IMG/VR virus record: IMGVR_UViG_3300042564_003728
Direction: 5' to 3' (one strand)
Length of the DNA stretch: 64,000 nt
From: a virus
A model generated the notes under the pieces. It worked only from the letters and a program-made list of their open reading frames with translations, had not been told where the DNA came from and did no database searches. Below, one piece after another: positions 37,486-46,564 of the stretch; position 1 is the first letter of the stretch; every line of letters begins with the position of its first letter. The position numbers were made by a program, and so were the translations under genes.

Positions 37486-38187
37486 TCATGGTAGTTTCCT
37501 TTCAAACTCTGCTTGCGCAGCCATATCGTCAAGAGCCTTCTTCACATCAGGGAAATGGTGCGCAATAATATCCCAGCACTGTTCGGCAATGATACGATGT
37601 TCTTTCTGAGTTGCCTTATCCATACGCAACTGACAGTAGTGAACCCATGAACGAAGCGTGCCAGTCACGATCATGACCGATTCTGTATTGCCTTCAGGAA
37701 GAACGGCACGAGCTTGTTCTTTGGCGATACCATTTTCAATTGCCCAGTTATAGGCATACAACGACTCGCTGATTACTCGGGCTTGCCGTATATTCCAATT
37801 TTCTTGTAGTAATTTATTATCGCCAGCTTCGATTGAGTTCTGTCTGTTCTTGGCATCTTGAAGTCTGGCTTCTCGATTAACAAAGCCAAGATCTTTCGTT
37901 GGATCGGCGTAACGCTGAGAGTATTCTTGGAACATGAAAGAACGATGTCTAAGAATTTGTCGAGCGATATCTCTTGTTGTTCTGATTTCCATTGAGACAT
38001 GGACCATCTCCAAGGGTGACCAATGCTGGTTCTTGATAAGATACTGAACAAGCTTAGGCGCTGTAGCAGTGTTGTTTTGATTTGATGGATTCGATACTCG
38101 AGCAGCCCATGCAATCAATTCGTTTGCGGTTACACATTCTGTATATGCACTCGGCTTTGTAATGCCGACTAGATTTACTTCACTCAT
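37486..38187 (-). CDS. thyX: flavin-dependent thymidylate synthase ThyX
   Basis: ThyX motif RHRSFMFQEYSQRY (RHR-x7-S-x-R); 233 aa. Confidence 0.85.
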   Translation of the reverse strand: MSEVNLVGITKPSAYTECVTANELIAWAARVSNPSNQNNTATAPKLVQYLIKNQHWSPLEMVHVSMEIRTTRDIARQILRHRSFMFQEYSQRYADPTKDLGFVNREARLQDAKNRQNSIEAGDNKLLQENWNIRQARVISESLYAYNWAIENGIAKEQARAVLPEGNTESVMIVTGTLRSWVHYCQLRMDKATQKEHRIIAEQCWDIIAHHFPDVKKALDDMAAQAEFERKLP

Positions 38188-38381
38188 TAAATATGTTCCA
38201 ATGCTTCCAGCTTGTCTTTGTACTCGGCGATATGTCCAAGTTCAAGTTCAATTGCACCCATAAAATCGGTATGTTCATGAATAGCCATTGGGTTATTCAT
38301 CATAACACGAACGTTCATTGCATGCTTCTCAATGTGTGCTTGAAAATGCTTGCGAAGCACCATTTTAATTTCATCTTTCAT
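38187..38381 (-). CDS. hypothetical small protein
   Basis: 64 aa. Confidence 0.25.
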   Translation of the reverse strand: MKDEIKMVLRKHFQAHIEKHAMNVRVMMNNPMAIHEHTDFMGAIELELGHIAEYKDKLEALEHI

Positions 38382-38525
38382 TTTAACTGTTCCTCAAATC
38401 ATTATATTGCCAAAGCATTTCTTTGATGTATTCAATTTCTGGTTCATAGTCGTCTGACCAACCATATGGCAGCTTTTCCTTGAGTAGGTCAAGAAACTTC
38501 ATAGCATCTTCGTATGTAACCTGTT

Positions 38526-38795
38526 TCACTGTTCAACCTCAAAAGTTTTTACATTCATAAACCGTGGAACATTAGCGTAGCCACTAGCCTTCAAATCATT
38601 TACACGAGCCAGAGCATCGTAGTATTCGACGTACTGACCATCATTGTACCACCAGAAGTGGTCCCATGGCGCCCAAAGACGAACATAACGTTGATACTCG
38701 ACAAGCCACTGCTTGCCTACTCGAAATATTCGAAGCTTCTTGATCGAGATTTGCTCGTACTCGATCCCAAACTCGTTGTCTACTAAATCAGTCAT
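38526..38795 (-). CDS. hypothetical protein
   Basis: 89 aa, Trp-rich. Confidence 0.25.
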   Translation of the reverse strand: MTDLVDNEFGIEYEQISIKKLRIFRVGKQWLVEYQRYVRLWAPWDHFWWYNDGQYVEYYDALARVNDLKASGYANVPRFMNVKTFEVEQ

Positions 38796-39066
38796 ATCCG
38801 TTTCCTATTAGGTTGAAGATGTTAGGATCAAAGTACAATGCACCTTGAGCGCCATCGCCACATTCTCTCGAAACTACCTTCACGTAATCATCAAAGAAAT
38901 CGACACCTCGAAGTTGAATAATCAACATCACGGCAGTTTGCACCATGTTGGCATTATAAACTACCCACGTAAGCTTTTGCTCTGGAAGAGACAGAATAGA
39001 CTCAACGGTCTTTTCTCCAAATTGCGAAATGCAATTTTGCTGTAGGTCCGGAGTAATTACATTCAT
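38788..39066 (-). CDS. hypothetical protein
   Basis: 92 aa. Confidence 0.25.
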   Translation of the reverse strand: MNVITPDLQQNCISQFGEKTVESILSLPEQKLTWVVYNANMVQTAVMLIIQLRGVDFFDDYVKVVSRECGDGAQGALYFDPNIFNLIGNGYD

Positions 39067-40021
39067 CTAAAACACCCTTAATATATTCTGACGTGTAGCC
39101 GGCTAAAATCATATCATTGACATCTTTATGTTGGATGTCTGAAGGCCATATGACTACACGATATCCAGCATCAATCGCCTTCTGCATTCTTTTGATTGTA
39201 TCTGAATGCCTTGGCTCATTATCAAATACTACCACAATTTTCTCTTTAAGTAAACCGGTTTGTTCGACTTGTGCAGCAAGATCTCCACCTGCCGCTGCCA
39301 TTGCATTCGGCAAGAACATCGAATCGATCGGTCCCTCTAGTAAATATATATCTTTATCCTCATCGATAGTATCCATGCCAAATACTTTTGGTTTCGAATC
39401 ATCCAGCATGATGGTGATATATCGGACACCGTCTTTCTTGAACGACCTGCCTTGAAAACCAAAGAGATTCTTTTCCTTATCAAGGAATGGTATGATCAGA
39501 CGTGGTTCGTCTTTCTCACCGATCTTGATCTTGTCAGGTATCATAGTATTGACCCACGCGCCAAATTTTGGAGCATAGAATAGCTTGTAGTGAAGATGCG
39601 GAGGGATCTGCCGACTATCCACATACTTCTTGACAGGATGACCCGGATCGAGCTGACTTACCTTCTTTATCTTCGACAGAGCGGTGGTCTTGACAAAGAC
39701 TGGAGGTTTCATCTTCTCTGCAAAAGTCTCGACATCTTTCTGATTACCAGATTCTTTCATCTGTTCCTTGATGTATTCAAGGTAGAGTGTTGGATCGATC
39801 TCTTTCATGAAATATCTGAACTGCATACTCGCAGAACAGTTATGACAATAAAAACGAACCTTGCCGCCCTTCTCGATCAAGTGCCCACGAGTCTTTCGAC
39901 GGTCCTTTTGAGAGTCGCCGCAGATAGGGCAACGGAACCGATAGACGGTGTTGTTCACTCGCTGAAATCTCTCGAGACGACCTGAGAGAAGGCTGATGTA
40001 TTTGTGTTCTATCCAAAGCAT
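39002..40021 (-). CDS. 61: DNA primase gp61
   Basis: Zn-ribbon FRCPICGDS...FYCHNCSAS and core blocks EPRLIIPF, FGFQGRS, YITI, YLLEGPIDS, DNEPRHSDTIKRMQKAIDAG and KDVNDMI align with T4 gp61 throughout. Confidence 0.8.
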   Translation of the reverse strand: MLWIEHKYISLLSGRLERFQRVNNTVYRFRCPICGDSQKDRRKTRGHLIEKGGKVRFYCHNCSASMQFRYFMKEIDPTLYLEYIKEQMKESGNQKDVETFAEKMKPPVFVKTTALSKIKKVSQLDPGHPVKKYVDSRQIPPHLHYKLFYAPKFGAWVNTMIPDKIKIGEKDEPRLIIPFLDKEKNLFGFQGRSFKKDGVRYITIMLDDSKPKVFGMDTIDEDKDIYLLEGPIDSMFLPNAMAAAGGDLAAQVEQTGLLKEKIVVVFDNEPRHSDTIKRMQKAIDAGYRVVIWPSDIQHKDVNDMILAGYTSEYIKGVLDECNYSGPTAKLHFAIWRKDR

Positions 40022-40064
40022 AATAACTCCAATCTGTTAACTTCATTATACACAGTTTGTGATT

Positions 40065-40080
40065 ATTGTACATGTTTATT
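40065..40080 (-). promoter_or_regulatory. promoter-like motif copy upstream of gp61
   Basis: The minus strand reads TAAATAAACATGTACAATAATCACAAACTGTG-TATAAT-GAAGTTAACAGATTGGAGTTATT-ATG. The TGTACA hexamer, a 17-nt spacer and a TATAAT form a sigma70-like promoter. Confidence 0.45.
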
Positions 40081-40622
40081 TAGAACAAAGAGCCTTTAAG
40101 ATTAAAATTAATCGCTAATCTTCTTTCGACATCTAATGGAAGATTAGTACTGTGCCTATTATCAATATGATCTCCGCCTTCGAAGAATAGTAATCGATTC
40201 TCGATATGCTCGACTTCTGATCCATCTTCAAATAGTGTTGGAGCAGTATTACAAGTATTGATATAAAACAGAGCTACGTAATGCTTATACGGGCAATCAT
40301 TGTGCCAACCATGGGCACGCTTACGGCCTTGATTCATCATGCTATTGACGTTTACGCTGATGACATGTTCTGTATTGAAATTAAGTTTTTCTTCAAAGAA
40401 ATAGAACATCGGTCTGATCGTTTGCCAATACCCGAATGCATCTTCGATGTGTTCATTTTCTGTATAGATTCTCTTCATGAAGTACCAGTCTTTTTCAGTC
40501 TGGCCGTTGTATCCTTCAGGAAGTATCGATGAGAAGTTCCAACGAAAGGCTGGATGTTCGATCATCTGTTTTATTTCATTAAAATAACTTCTTGGCAAGA
40601 AGTCATCAATCACGCGTCTCAT
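40080..40622 (-). CDS. possible 2OG-Fe(II) oxygenase superfamily protein
   Basis: HGWHNDC (HxD) plus a downstream GGDHIDNRH; weak. Confidence 0.3.
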   Translation of the reverse strand: MRRVIDDFLPRSYFNEIKQMIEHPAFRWNFSSILPEGYNGQTEKDWYFMKRIYTENEHIEDAFGYWQTIRPMFYFFEEKLNFNTEHVISVNVNSMMNQGRKRAHGWHNDCPYKHYVALFYINTCNTAPTLFEDGSEVEHIENRLLFFEGGDHIDNRHSTNLPLDVERRLAINFNLKGSLF

Positions 40623-40625
40623 AAT

Positions 40626-41108
40626 TTATCCAATTCCGAATATTGTACTCCATGGCACCAATGTAATAATACCGCCTACGATAGCAGCACCGCCGATGAC
40701 TGTCCACATCCATTTTTCCATGGCAGTGATTCGATCGCTCAGAGTGTTATGCTGTACTGTCGACTCAGCACGCATCTCTTTAATTTCTTTCATGAGTTCG
40801 TCGTACTGATCGTCGATGCTTTCTTTGAGCTCGCGCTCGCCTGAAGAAATTCTTTCATGTAATAGCTGGACTTTGTCGTCTGTTTCCACTCTGCGTGCTT
40901 CCACTAAATCTGATAGTTGTTTACTTATGATTTCCTGGGAAGTCAGTTTAGTTTCGTGGACAGCAAGAAGATTCGATACGCTACTTGAAATGTCAGTTAG
41001 CTTATCAATGGTTGTATCCAAACGGCCAACAAGCGTATTGACGACTGCCATATCTCTACTTAGATACGACACATCTTCAGCTAACTTGTTGACCGATGGT
41101 GTTGCCAT
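40626..41108 (-). CDS. coiled-coil protein with C-terminal transmembrane anchor
   Basis: Heptad-rich; C-terminal WMWTVIGGAAIVGGIITLVPW. Confidence 0.35.
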   Translation of the reverse strand: MATPSVNKLAEDVSYLSRDMAVVNTLVGRLDTTIDKLTDISSSVSNLLAVHETKLTSQEIISKQLSDLVEARRVETDDKVQLLHERISSGERELKESIDDQYDELMKEIKEMRAESTVQHNTLSDRITAMEKWMWTVIGGAAIVGGIITLVPWSTIFGIG

Positions 41109-41347
41109 TATTCTGTTGGTTCCGTACTAGCTTTGAGTGCAAGAGCTGCACCGCCGGCGGCGAGTACCGCACCTAATCCTACACCCCATGTCGATGCATC
41201 AAATTCTGCACCACGATAGATGTCGTAGATCGACAGACCAAAGAAAAGCATTACGCCTTTGGCCCATAGAATTCTACCAAGATCAAGTGTCTTATTATCT
41301 TTTCCAGTGAATGTTTGGAAAATCAGATCTTTTATTTTTTTAAACAT
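41108..41347 (-). CDS. small membrane protein (holin-like candidate)
   Basis: 79 aa with two hydrophobic segments (VMLFFGLSIY; GVGLGAVLAAGGAALAL). Confidence 0.3.
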   Translation of the reverse strand: MFKKIKDLIFQTFTGKDNKTLDLGRILWAKGVMLFFGLSIYDIYRGAEFDASTWGVGLGAVLAAGGAALALKASTEPTE

Positions 41348-41381
41348 TTCTTCGACTCCGTTAGGTTAACGAAATCATAAT

Positions 41382-41831
41382 TTAGAAAGGACCGAAATCC
41401 TCGTCGCTATCTTTGTATTTATCGATAGCTGCCATCATTTTAATTTCATTTTCGGTTTCAATTGTTTCAGCTTGTGCGTTGATGACATGTGCTTCTGCGA
41501 GTTCTTTATGGTCTGTCTTACCAAGTTCTTGTGTCTTGACATTCGGATCAAATTCTGCTGTCTTCATACCCATCATGGTAGCAAATGCACCAACAAAGGC
41601 ACCAATAATCATTGAGAATGCTGGACCAATAATCTTAAAGATCTCGTTGTTATCGATTAGCTCGTTTGGCATGAACATACCAATGAGGAAGATGAATACA
41701 ACAGCCAACATAATAGATGATAAGACAAGCGTTACCATTTTCATGATAGTAAGTTGGATCTTGCCCTTCTCAAGCTCGAGTTGTTCGAGAGAGTTAATCG
41801 GCGGTGTTGCAAAAAATGATAATAGGCTCAT
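41382..41831 (-). CDS. membrane protein with 2 TM segments
   Basis: 149 aa; TM1 VTLVLSSIMLAVVFIFLIGMF, TM2 IIGPAFSMIIGAFVGAFATMMG. Confidence 0.3.
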   Translation of the reverse strand: MSLLSFFATPPINSLEQLELEKGKIQLTIMKMVTLVLSSIMLAVVFIFLIGMFMPNELIDNNEIFKIIGPAFSMIIGAFVGAFATMMGMKTAEFDPNVKTQELGKTDHKELAEAHVINAQAETIETENEIKMMAAIDKYKDSDEDFGPF

Positions 41832-42013
41832 TTCTTTTTTCTAACTTTCTTAATTTTCTCTGCGGCTTCAACAACTGCATTGATAGTTTCATTTGCTTCT
41901 TTGGCTTTCTTATCAGCCAAAGCACGAGCAAGTTCAAGATCTTCTGCTGTGACTCTACCATCTGAATTCAGGTCTGCTGTCTTCATGAACCAGCTTTTAA
42001 TTTTTTCCCACAT
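41828..42013 (-). CDS. EF-hand-like mini-protein
   Basis: DLNSDGRVTAEDLE matches a canonical 12-residue Ca-binding EF loop (D-x-N-x-D-G-x-V-x-x-x-E). Confidence 0.35.
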   Translation of the reverse strand: MWEKIKSWFMKTADLNSDGRVTAEDLELARALADKKAKEANETINAVVEAAEKIKKVRKKK

Positions 42014-42025
42014 ATCAGTCTCCGA

Positions 42026-42238
42026 TTATTTTCTATTTGATGTTGATGCGAGCTTTCTTGCAACACTTGCAGGAAGCCCATCTTTTGAAAGATTAAGAAG
42101 TCCCAGAGCGGCGATCAAAAGGAGTAGACCGCGCGTATCATCTTTATTGCCACTGCTCGCTCTATTGAGAGAGTTGGCAATGATGGTAATCAAACTATCG
42201 TTCGAGTCTTCTTCTGGTACGTCTTTAAACTTTTTCAT
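42026..42238 (-). CDS. hypothetical small protein
   Basis: 70-aa ORF. Confidence 0.2.
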   Translation of the reverse strand: MKKFKDVPEEDSNDSLITIIANSLNRASSGNKDDTRGLLLLIAALGLLNLSKDGLPASVARKLASTSNRK

Positions 42239-42747
42239 TTCTTCTTCTCTTTTGCCATCGCATCAACGGCCATTTTATTCTCACTTATCCATCGTTGGAG
42301 TTCGACGAGTTGGACCGAGTTGGATTGGCAGATGGCGTAGTTTCTGATGATTCCGATGAGGGCATCAGTGTCTTTAACTGCTGAGGGGGACGCATCAGAA
42401 CTTCTGGCGGCGTCGGCATCACCGGCACTGGCACTAATGTCGTGCGTGAACACCCAGCCGTTAGACATAACAGACTGATTAGGAACAGTGTCTTTAGCGG
42501 CATCAATGTAAACATATTCTTTCTCTCTAATTGTGTTTGTGCGATCAACATATTCAGTGACTACCTCAGTAGAAATTGCAGAATTCTTCCTCTCCAATTC
42601 CGCGATTTGCTCACTCTTTTGCGCAGAGAAACGAGCCAATTCAGCTTCAGCATAAGCAGATCCTTTCATATAACCAAAGACGAAGATCCCTGCCATGAGT
42701 GCAGCACCTGCAAGCAACTTATATGGTAGTGGGATCATTCCTAACAT
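42235..42747 (-). CDS. i-spanin (Rz-like)
   Basis: N-terminal TM LLAGAALMAGIFVFGY followed by a coiled-coil periplasmic domain; contains an embedded out-of-frame lipoprotein ORF. Confidence 0.5.
   Translation of the reverse strand: MLGMIPLPYKLLAGAALMAGIFVFGYMKGSAYAEAELARFSAQKSEQIAELERKNSAISTEVVTEYVDRTNTIREKEYVYIDAAKDTVPNQSVMSNGWVFTHDISASAGDADAARSSDASPSAVKDTDALIGIIRNYAICQSNSVQLVELQRWISENKMAVDAMAKEKKK
42285..42515 (-). CDS. o-spanin (Rz1-like) embedded in the +1 frame of the i-spanin
   Basis: MFTLMPLKTLFLISLLCLTAGCS has the lipobox L-T-A-G-C; the mature part is Pro-rich (VPVPVMPTPPEVLMRPPQQ); lies wholly inside 42235-42747. Confidence 0.5.
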   Translation of the reverse strand: MFTLMPLKTLFLISLLCLTAGCSRTTLVPVPVMPTPPEVLMRPPQQLKTLMPSSESSETTPSANPTRSNSSNSNDG

Positions 42748-42748
42748 A

Positions 42749-43309
42749 TTATTTCTTCATAAATCTATTGAAAGTCATGACGTTTTTCTTTTTCTTTCTT
42801 ACTGGCGGTTCACCTTGTAGGCCTGCAACTTGGCCAGAACCAACAGAATTCACTGCAACTTCTTCAGTCGCATTTACTCGTGCTTGTCCTGTGAGCTTTT
42901 TCATAGCAACTTGTTGATTATGCCCACGGCTCATCTTACGACCATAAAGTTTAGGATCCATAGGTGTGCCTACGTTCAAACCAGTCTTCTTACGAATCTC
43001 ATCGCGTACTGCGATACCATGTTCTTTACGAGCTTTCTCGTCTTTCTTCGATTTGACAACATAAGAACCGAGTGTAGCACCTGAAAGTTCGTCGAGTTGT
43101 GCTTCTTCGCTCATCTCGCCTTGCATATAATTCGAAGCAGTAGTGATGTAATCTTCTGCGAGTGTAATCTTCGACTGAACCCATTCAGGAAGATTCGTAT
43201 CTACCTTCAGCATGTCATGCATGCGCTGAGCGTTGGCAATGATAGACTTGAGTTGTGACATGGCCATATCGCCTTCGTAGTCATACTCTTGCTTTTCTTT
43301 ATTGGCCAT
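42749..43309 (-). CDS. Lys-rich hypothetical protein sharing the ELSxATLGSYV module
   Basis: DELSGATLGSYVVKSKKD repeats the module found twice in the 45057-46553 protein. Confidence 0.35.
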   Translation of the reverse strand: MANKEKQEYDYEGDMAMSQLKSIIANAQRMHDMLKVDTNLPEWVQSKITLAEDYITTASNYMQGEMSEEAQLDELSGATLGSYVVKSKKDEKARKEHGIAVRDEIRKKTGLNVGTPMDPKLYGRKMSRGHNQQVAMKKLTGQARVNATEEVAVNSVGSGQVAGLQGEPPVRKKKKNVMTFNRFMKK

Positions 43310-43698
43310 TAAATCTTCCTTAGTTTTTGTACTATAACTTCATCTACAGCAATATCGTTAGTAATAAGTGTTTTATTATCTATGCCTATATTCGGTATCT
43401 TCTCAGGAAGCCTTCCTAATAAAACGATGAATGGCTTCAACATATGATGATAGCCATCTAACTTAAAGAAGAGTAATCTGGTAGCTTCGTTACCGAACAC
43501 ATTGTACAGAACAACGAGATGATTGACGATTAATCTATCTTTTAAATCTCCGGACTCTTCATAGCGATTAAGTAATCTCTTAATATATTTGAATCGAGCT
43601 AAGTCTTCGTAAAATTCAAGATCCTCAAAACATTGTGGATTATCATAACACTTAGCAGCATATATCAAGAAATTGGAATCATCAAGTTTTTCAATCAT
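43309..43698 (-). CDS. hypothetical protein
   Basis: 129 aa. Confidence 0.3.
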   Translation of the reverse strand: MIEKLDDSNFLIYAAKCYDNPQCFEDLEFYEDLARFKYIKRLLNRYEESGDLKDRLIVNHLVVLYNVFGNEATRLLFFKLDGYHHMLKPFIVLLGRLPEKIPNIGIDNKTLITNDIAVDEVIVQKLRKI

Positions 43699-43949
43699 TA
43701 GGCAATTCTTACTTTGACGCTCCCATCAGCTACAAAGTATGGTTGGCCAAGTGCCACTCCATTAGTATTTGCTACTGAATCGTTGGCGAATGGTCCTTGG
43801 AAGATAGACTTCCGAATGGTGGATAATGTAGCAGACTTGGTCGTATTAGCGGAGATATCTTCTACAATAAAGATATCTCCGCTAGCGATCGACGTGTTGG
43901 CCGTGCCAATCGAAGTAAGCTCAGTTATTTTCTTGGCACGATCACTCAT
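43698..43949 (-). CDS. hypothetical protein
   Basis: 83 aa, Ser/Thr/Ala-rich. Confidence 0.25.
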   Translation of the reverse strand: MSDRAKKITELTSIGTANTSIASGDIFIVEDISANTTKSATLSTIRKSIFQGPFANDSVANTNGVALGQPYFVADGSVKVRIA

Positions 43950-43958
43950 ATATTATCC

Positions 43959-44804
43959 TTATGCGTCTGGCAAGATTGCGTCGTCAGATGCGTCGGTAGA
44001 TAAGTTTCCACCCATTGCAACGAGCGTTTCGTACTGAACACGACCTGCACGACCACCACTACCAACTGTACGGAGTACCCAACCAGTGTGAGCAGCGCCC
44101 TTGGTGTAACCACGTTCTGTCAGCACAGCAACTGCAGTAGCTGTTTCGCCTCTCAGAGAGTGGCCTGTTTCTGTCAATCCCTTTGTTAGGTCGATAGTGT
44201 CACCATTTGGAGCAGTCGCAAGAGTCACAGCTGTTGTATTCGACGTCTTAATAAAATAATCAGTACCTGATACTAGATTTGTCAAAGCGGTATTACCTGT
44301 TGCAACAGTGTATGTTACTTTGTCACCTGCCAGGAAGAAGCTGTTTGCAGTTGTGATTGCAATAGCGTCTGTCGCATTCGTAACAGCAGCGTTAGCATTA
44401 AAGCTTTGCGCTGCTGGAGCAGCAATAGTCACTGCAGGCACCGAACCGAATCCAGCGATCGTTACGTTAGCAGTCAGTGCAGTTACACGACCAACAGCAA
44501 CTGTTGAGTTGGCTGCAGATGTGTTTGATCCACCCGTCGAGTTAGCAACTGTAACTACAGCATTCGCAGCATATCCAGATCCAGCATTTACTACGATATA
44601 TTGCGCAATCGCAGCATTACCAGAAACACGAATTTCTGTGGCATCAAGACCGAATTGGCCTACCGCTTCGCCAGCAACAAATGCGCCGACCGTGGTGTTA
44701 CCAAACAATGCCGCTTGGTTTACTGTGTTAGGTGTTAAGTTCACTGCAGCTGTGGCCCATAGGACCGAGTTTGCAGCATCGTCTGTATTGCCCCATTGAG
44801 CCAT
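43959..44804 (-). CDS. Ala/Thr/Asn/Val-rich repeat protein (possible fibrous/decoration structural protein)
   Basis: 281 aa, about 45% Ala+Thr+Asn+Gly+Val with degenerate repeats (TANVTIAGFGSVPAVTIAAPAA...). Confidence 0.35.
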   Translation of the reverse strand: MAQWGNTDDAANSVLWATAAVNLTPNTVNQAALFGNTTVGAFVAGEAVGQFGLDATEIRVSGNAAIAQYIVVNAGSGYAANAVVTVANSTGGSNTSAANSTVAVGRVTALTANVTIAGFGSVPAVTIAAPAAQSFNANAAVTNATDAIAITTANSFFLAGDKVTYTVATGNTALTNLVSGTDYFIKTSNTTAVTLATAPNGDTIDLTKGLTETGHSLRGETATAVAVLTERGYTKGAAHTGWVLRTVGSGGRAGRVQYETLVAMGGNLSTDASDDAILPDA

Positions 44805-44838
44805 CTTCTTTTCTCCTAAAGATTCTTTGTCTTATTTA

Positions 44839-45048
44839 TCATTCTTCGGATGTAAGCATATCAATCATATATGCCGACATTTTTTTATTAAACTTTTTTG
44901 GTTGACCGTTATGAATAACAGTGCCTTCTTCCATCTGTACAACTTCTGGTAAAGACACAGCTTCTTCACTTTCAACGACAGCTTCAACTTCTGGTAAAGT
45001 TTCAGCAACTTTATTTTTTACTATAAAAGTTCCGACATTAATTGCCAT
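44839..45048 (-). CDS. hypothetical small acidic protein
   Basis: 69 aa. Confidence 0.2.
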   Translation of the reverse strand: MAINVGTFIVKNKVAETLPEVEAVVESEEAVSLPEVVQMEEGTVIHNGQPKKFNKKMSAYMIDMLTSEE

Positions 45049-45056
45049 ATTACACC

Positions 45057-46553
45057 TTATACGTGTTTCATGAGGTTTTCATGCGAGTGACCTACAAACT
45101 TTTGGAAGTCTTCTTTCTCATTTGGTTTCATGCCAGCATACTTCGTTAAGATCTTTGCCGCATGTGTTCCTGAAACTTCTTTCGAATCGCCGTGTGTAAA
45201 GTGAATTTTGGATCCACCCAACATCGATGTCTTCGCCTTCGAAAGTTGGTTCATGATGTGCTGGCCGGCTTCAACCTTTGGCTTCTCAAGAACTTTATTC
45301 TTCTGAAGGAGTTCGATCTTTTTCATATGCTCAGGATTATTGTGCATGAGCTTTTCTTTTGTCTTCGGATGGATCGTGAAATCCTTGGCACCAGCTTTCT
45401 TTGGACGGCCGCGAGCTTCGGTGATTTCTACTTCTTCACCAAAATGTGGATTCTTCATGGGAGAACCCATCTTCTTCATATCCTTGACAGCTTGATCGTT
45501 ATTCTTCTTACGCTTTTTAAGATCTGTTTCAAGGTAACCAGTTTCTTCATTACGCGAAGCAATCTCTTTACGAGCTCTTGCAAGGTTACGCTCTTTTTTT
45601 GCAATGGCACGGCCCATTGCATTTCTAGCTCTACCACGCGGTGATCTATCTTCCAAGCCTTTAGGCATGTCATTATCCATACCTTCGAACATTTCATCGT
45701 TCAGCGAATCAACAAAGTCTTGTTCTTCTTGAGTCAGCTTATTAACTGCTTTTGTTACACCGCTAACTCTTTTAATAGCTTTATGCACATTCTTTTCGCC
45801 GGCTTTTTCTTCTTCAGAATCGCGATTCATATCACCACGAACTGTCATTGCGTCACCCGAGTAGCCTCTGCTAAATGCCTGGTTTGTTGCTTTCTTGACA
45901 TAAGAACCAAGAGTTGCCTTTGATAGTTCATCAATCTGCTCTGACTCTTCCTTGGTCAGTTTCTTAACAGCAGTTTCAATACCCTTGTGGCGCTTTGTGA
46001 GCTTCTTTTCAAGTGGCTTCGAAGAACTACCGTGAGCTTCTTTGTGGCCTTGTCTATAAGAAGCAGTATCGATAGAATCCTTGGCTTTATTGATGTAACG
46101 GCCAAGTGTTCCCTTCGAGACCTCATTGATCGGCGCTGCTGTATCGCACTGACCGCAACATTCAGGAGTTCCGCAATTGGTATGCTCTACATCTTCATTG
46201 GCTTTCATTGCTTTCTTCGCAAGATGCTTAGCAACGTTCTTTACTTTGTTACCGTATTCATCTTTACGCTCTTCGCCAGCTTTTCTATAAGGACCATCAA
46301 AAGGCAATTTAGGTGCATCTTCTTCCTTGATTGGCTTCTTTTCTTTTGCCATCATCGCACGAACTTTGTCTGCCGTCTTCTTGTTAGCTTCAGTCGGTTC
46401 ATCGGCAGTAGGCATCGTGCCTTCTTTCATCTCATCTTCTGCTTCGCACTTTGAGCATTCGCAGTCGGCTGGACATTTCTTCGCTTCTCCAAGAATACCG
46501 AGAACAGTATTAAGAAGGTCGTCTGAAAAATTTGCAATCTTTTTAGTTAACAT
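45057..46553 (-). CDS. Lys/Glu-rich 498-aa protein with Cys clusters and repeated modules
   Basis: N-terminus CPADCECSKCEAEDE and CGTPECCGQCD; modules INEVSKGTLGRYINKAKD and IDELSKATLGSYVKKATN; highly charged throughout. Confidence 0.4.
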   Translation of the reverse strand: MLTKKIANFSDDLLNTVLGILGEAKKCPADCECSKCEAEDEMKEGTMPTADEPTEANKKTADKVRAMMAKEKKPIKEEDAPKLPFDGPYRKAGEERKDEYGNKVKNVAKHLAKKAMKANEDVEHTNCGTPECCGQCDTAAPINEVSKGTLGRYINKAKDSIDTASYRQGHKEAHGSSSKPLEKKLTKRHKGIETAVKKLTKEESEQIDELSKATLGSYVKKATNQAFSRGYSGDAMTVRGDMNRDSEEEKAGEKNVHKAIKRVSGVTKAVNKLTQEEQDFVDSLNDEMFEGMDNDMPKGLEDRSPRGRARNAMGRAIAKKERNLARARKEIASRNEETGYLETDLKKRKKNNDQAVKDMKKMGSPMKNPHFGEEVEITEARGRPKKAGAKDFTIHPKTKEKLMHNNPEHMKKIELLQKNKVLEKPKVEAGQHIMNQLSKAKTSMLGGSKIHFTHGDSKEVSGTHAAKILTKYAGMKPNEKEDFQKFVGHSHENLMKHV

Positions 46554-46564
46554 GGTAACTCCTA

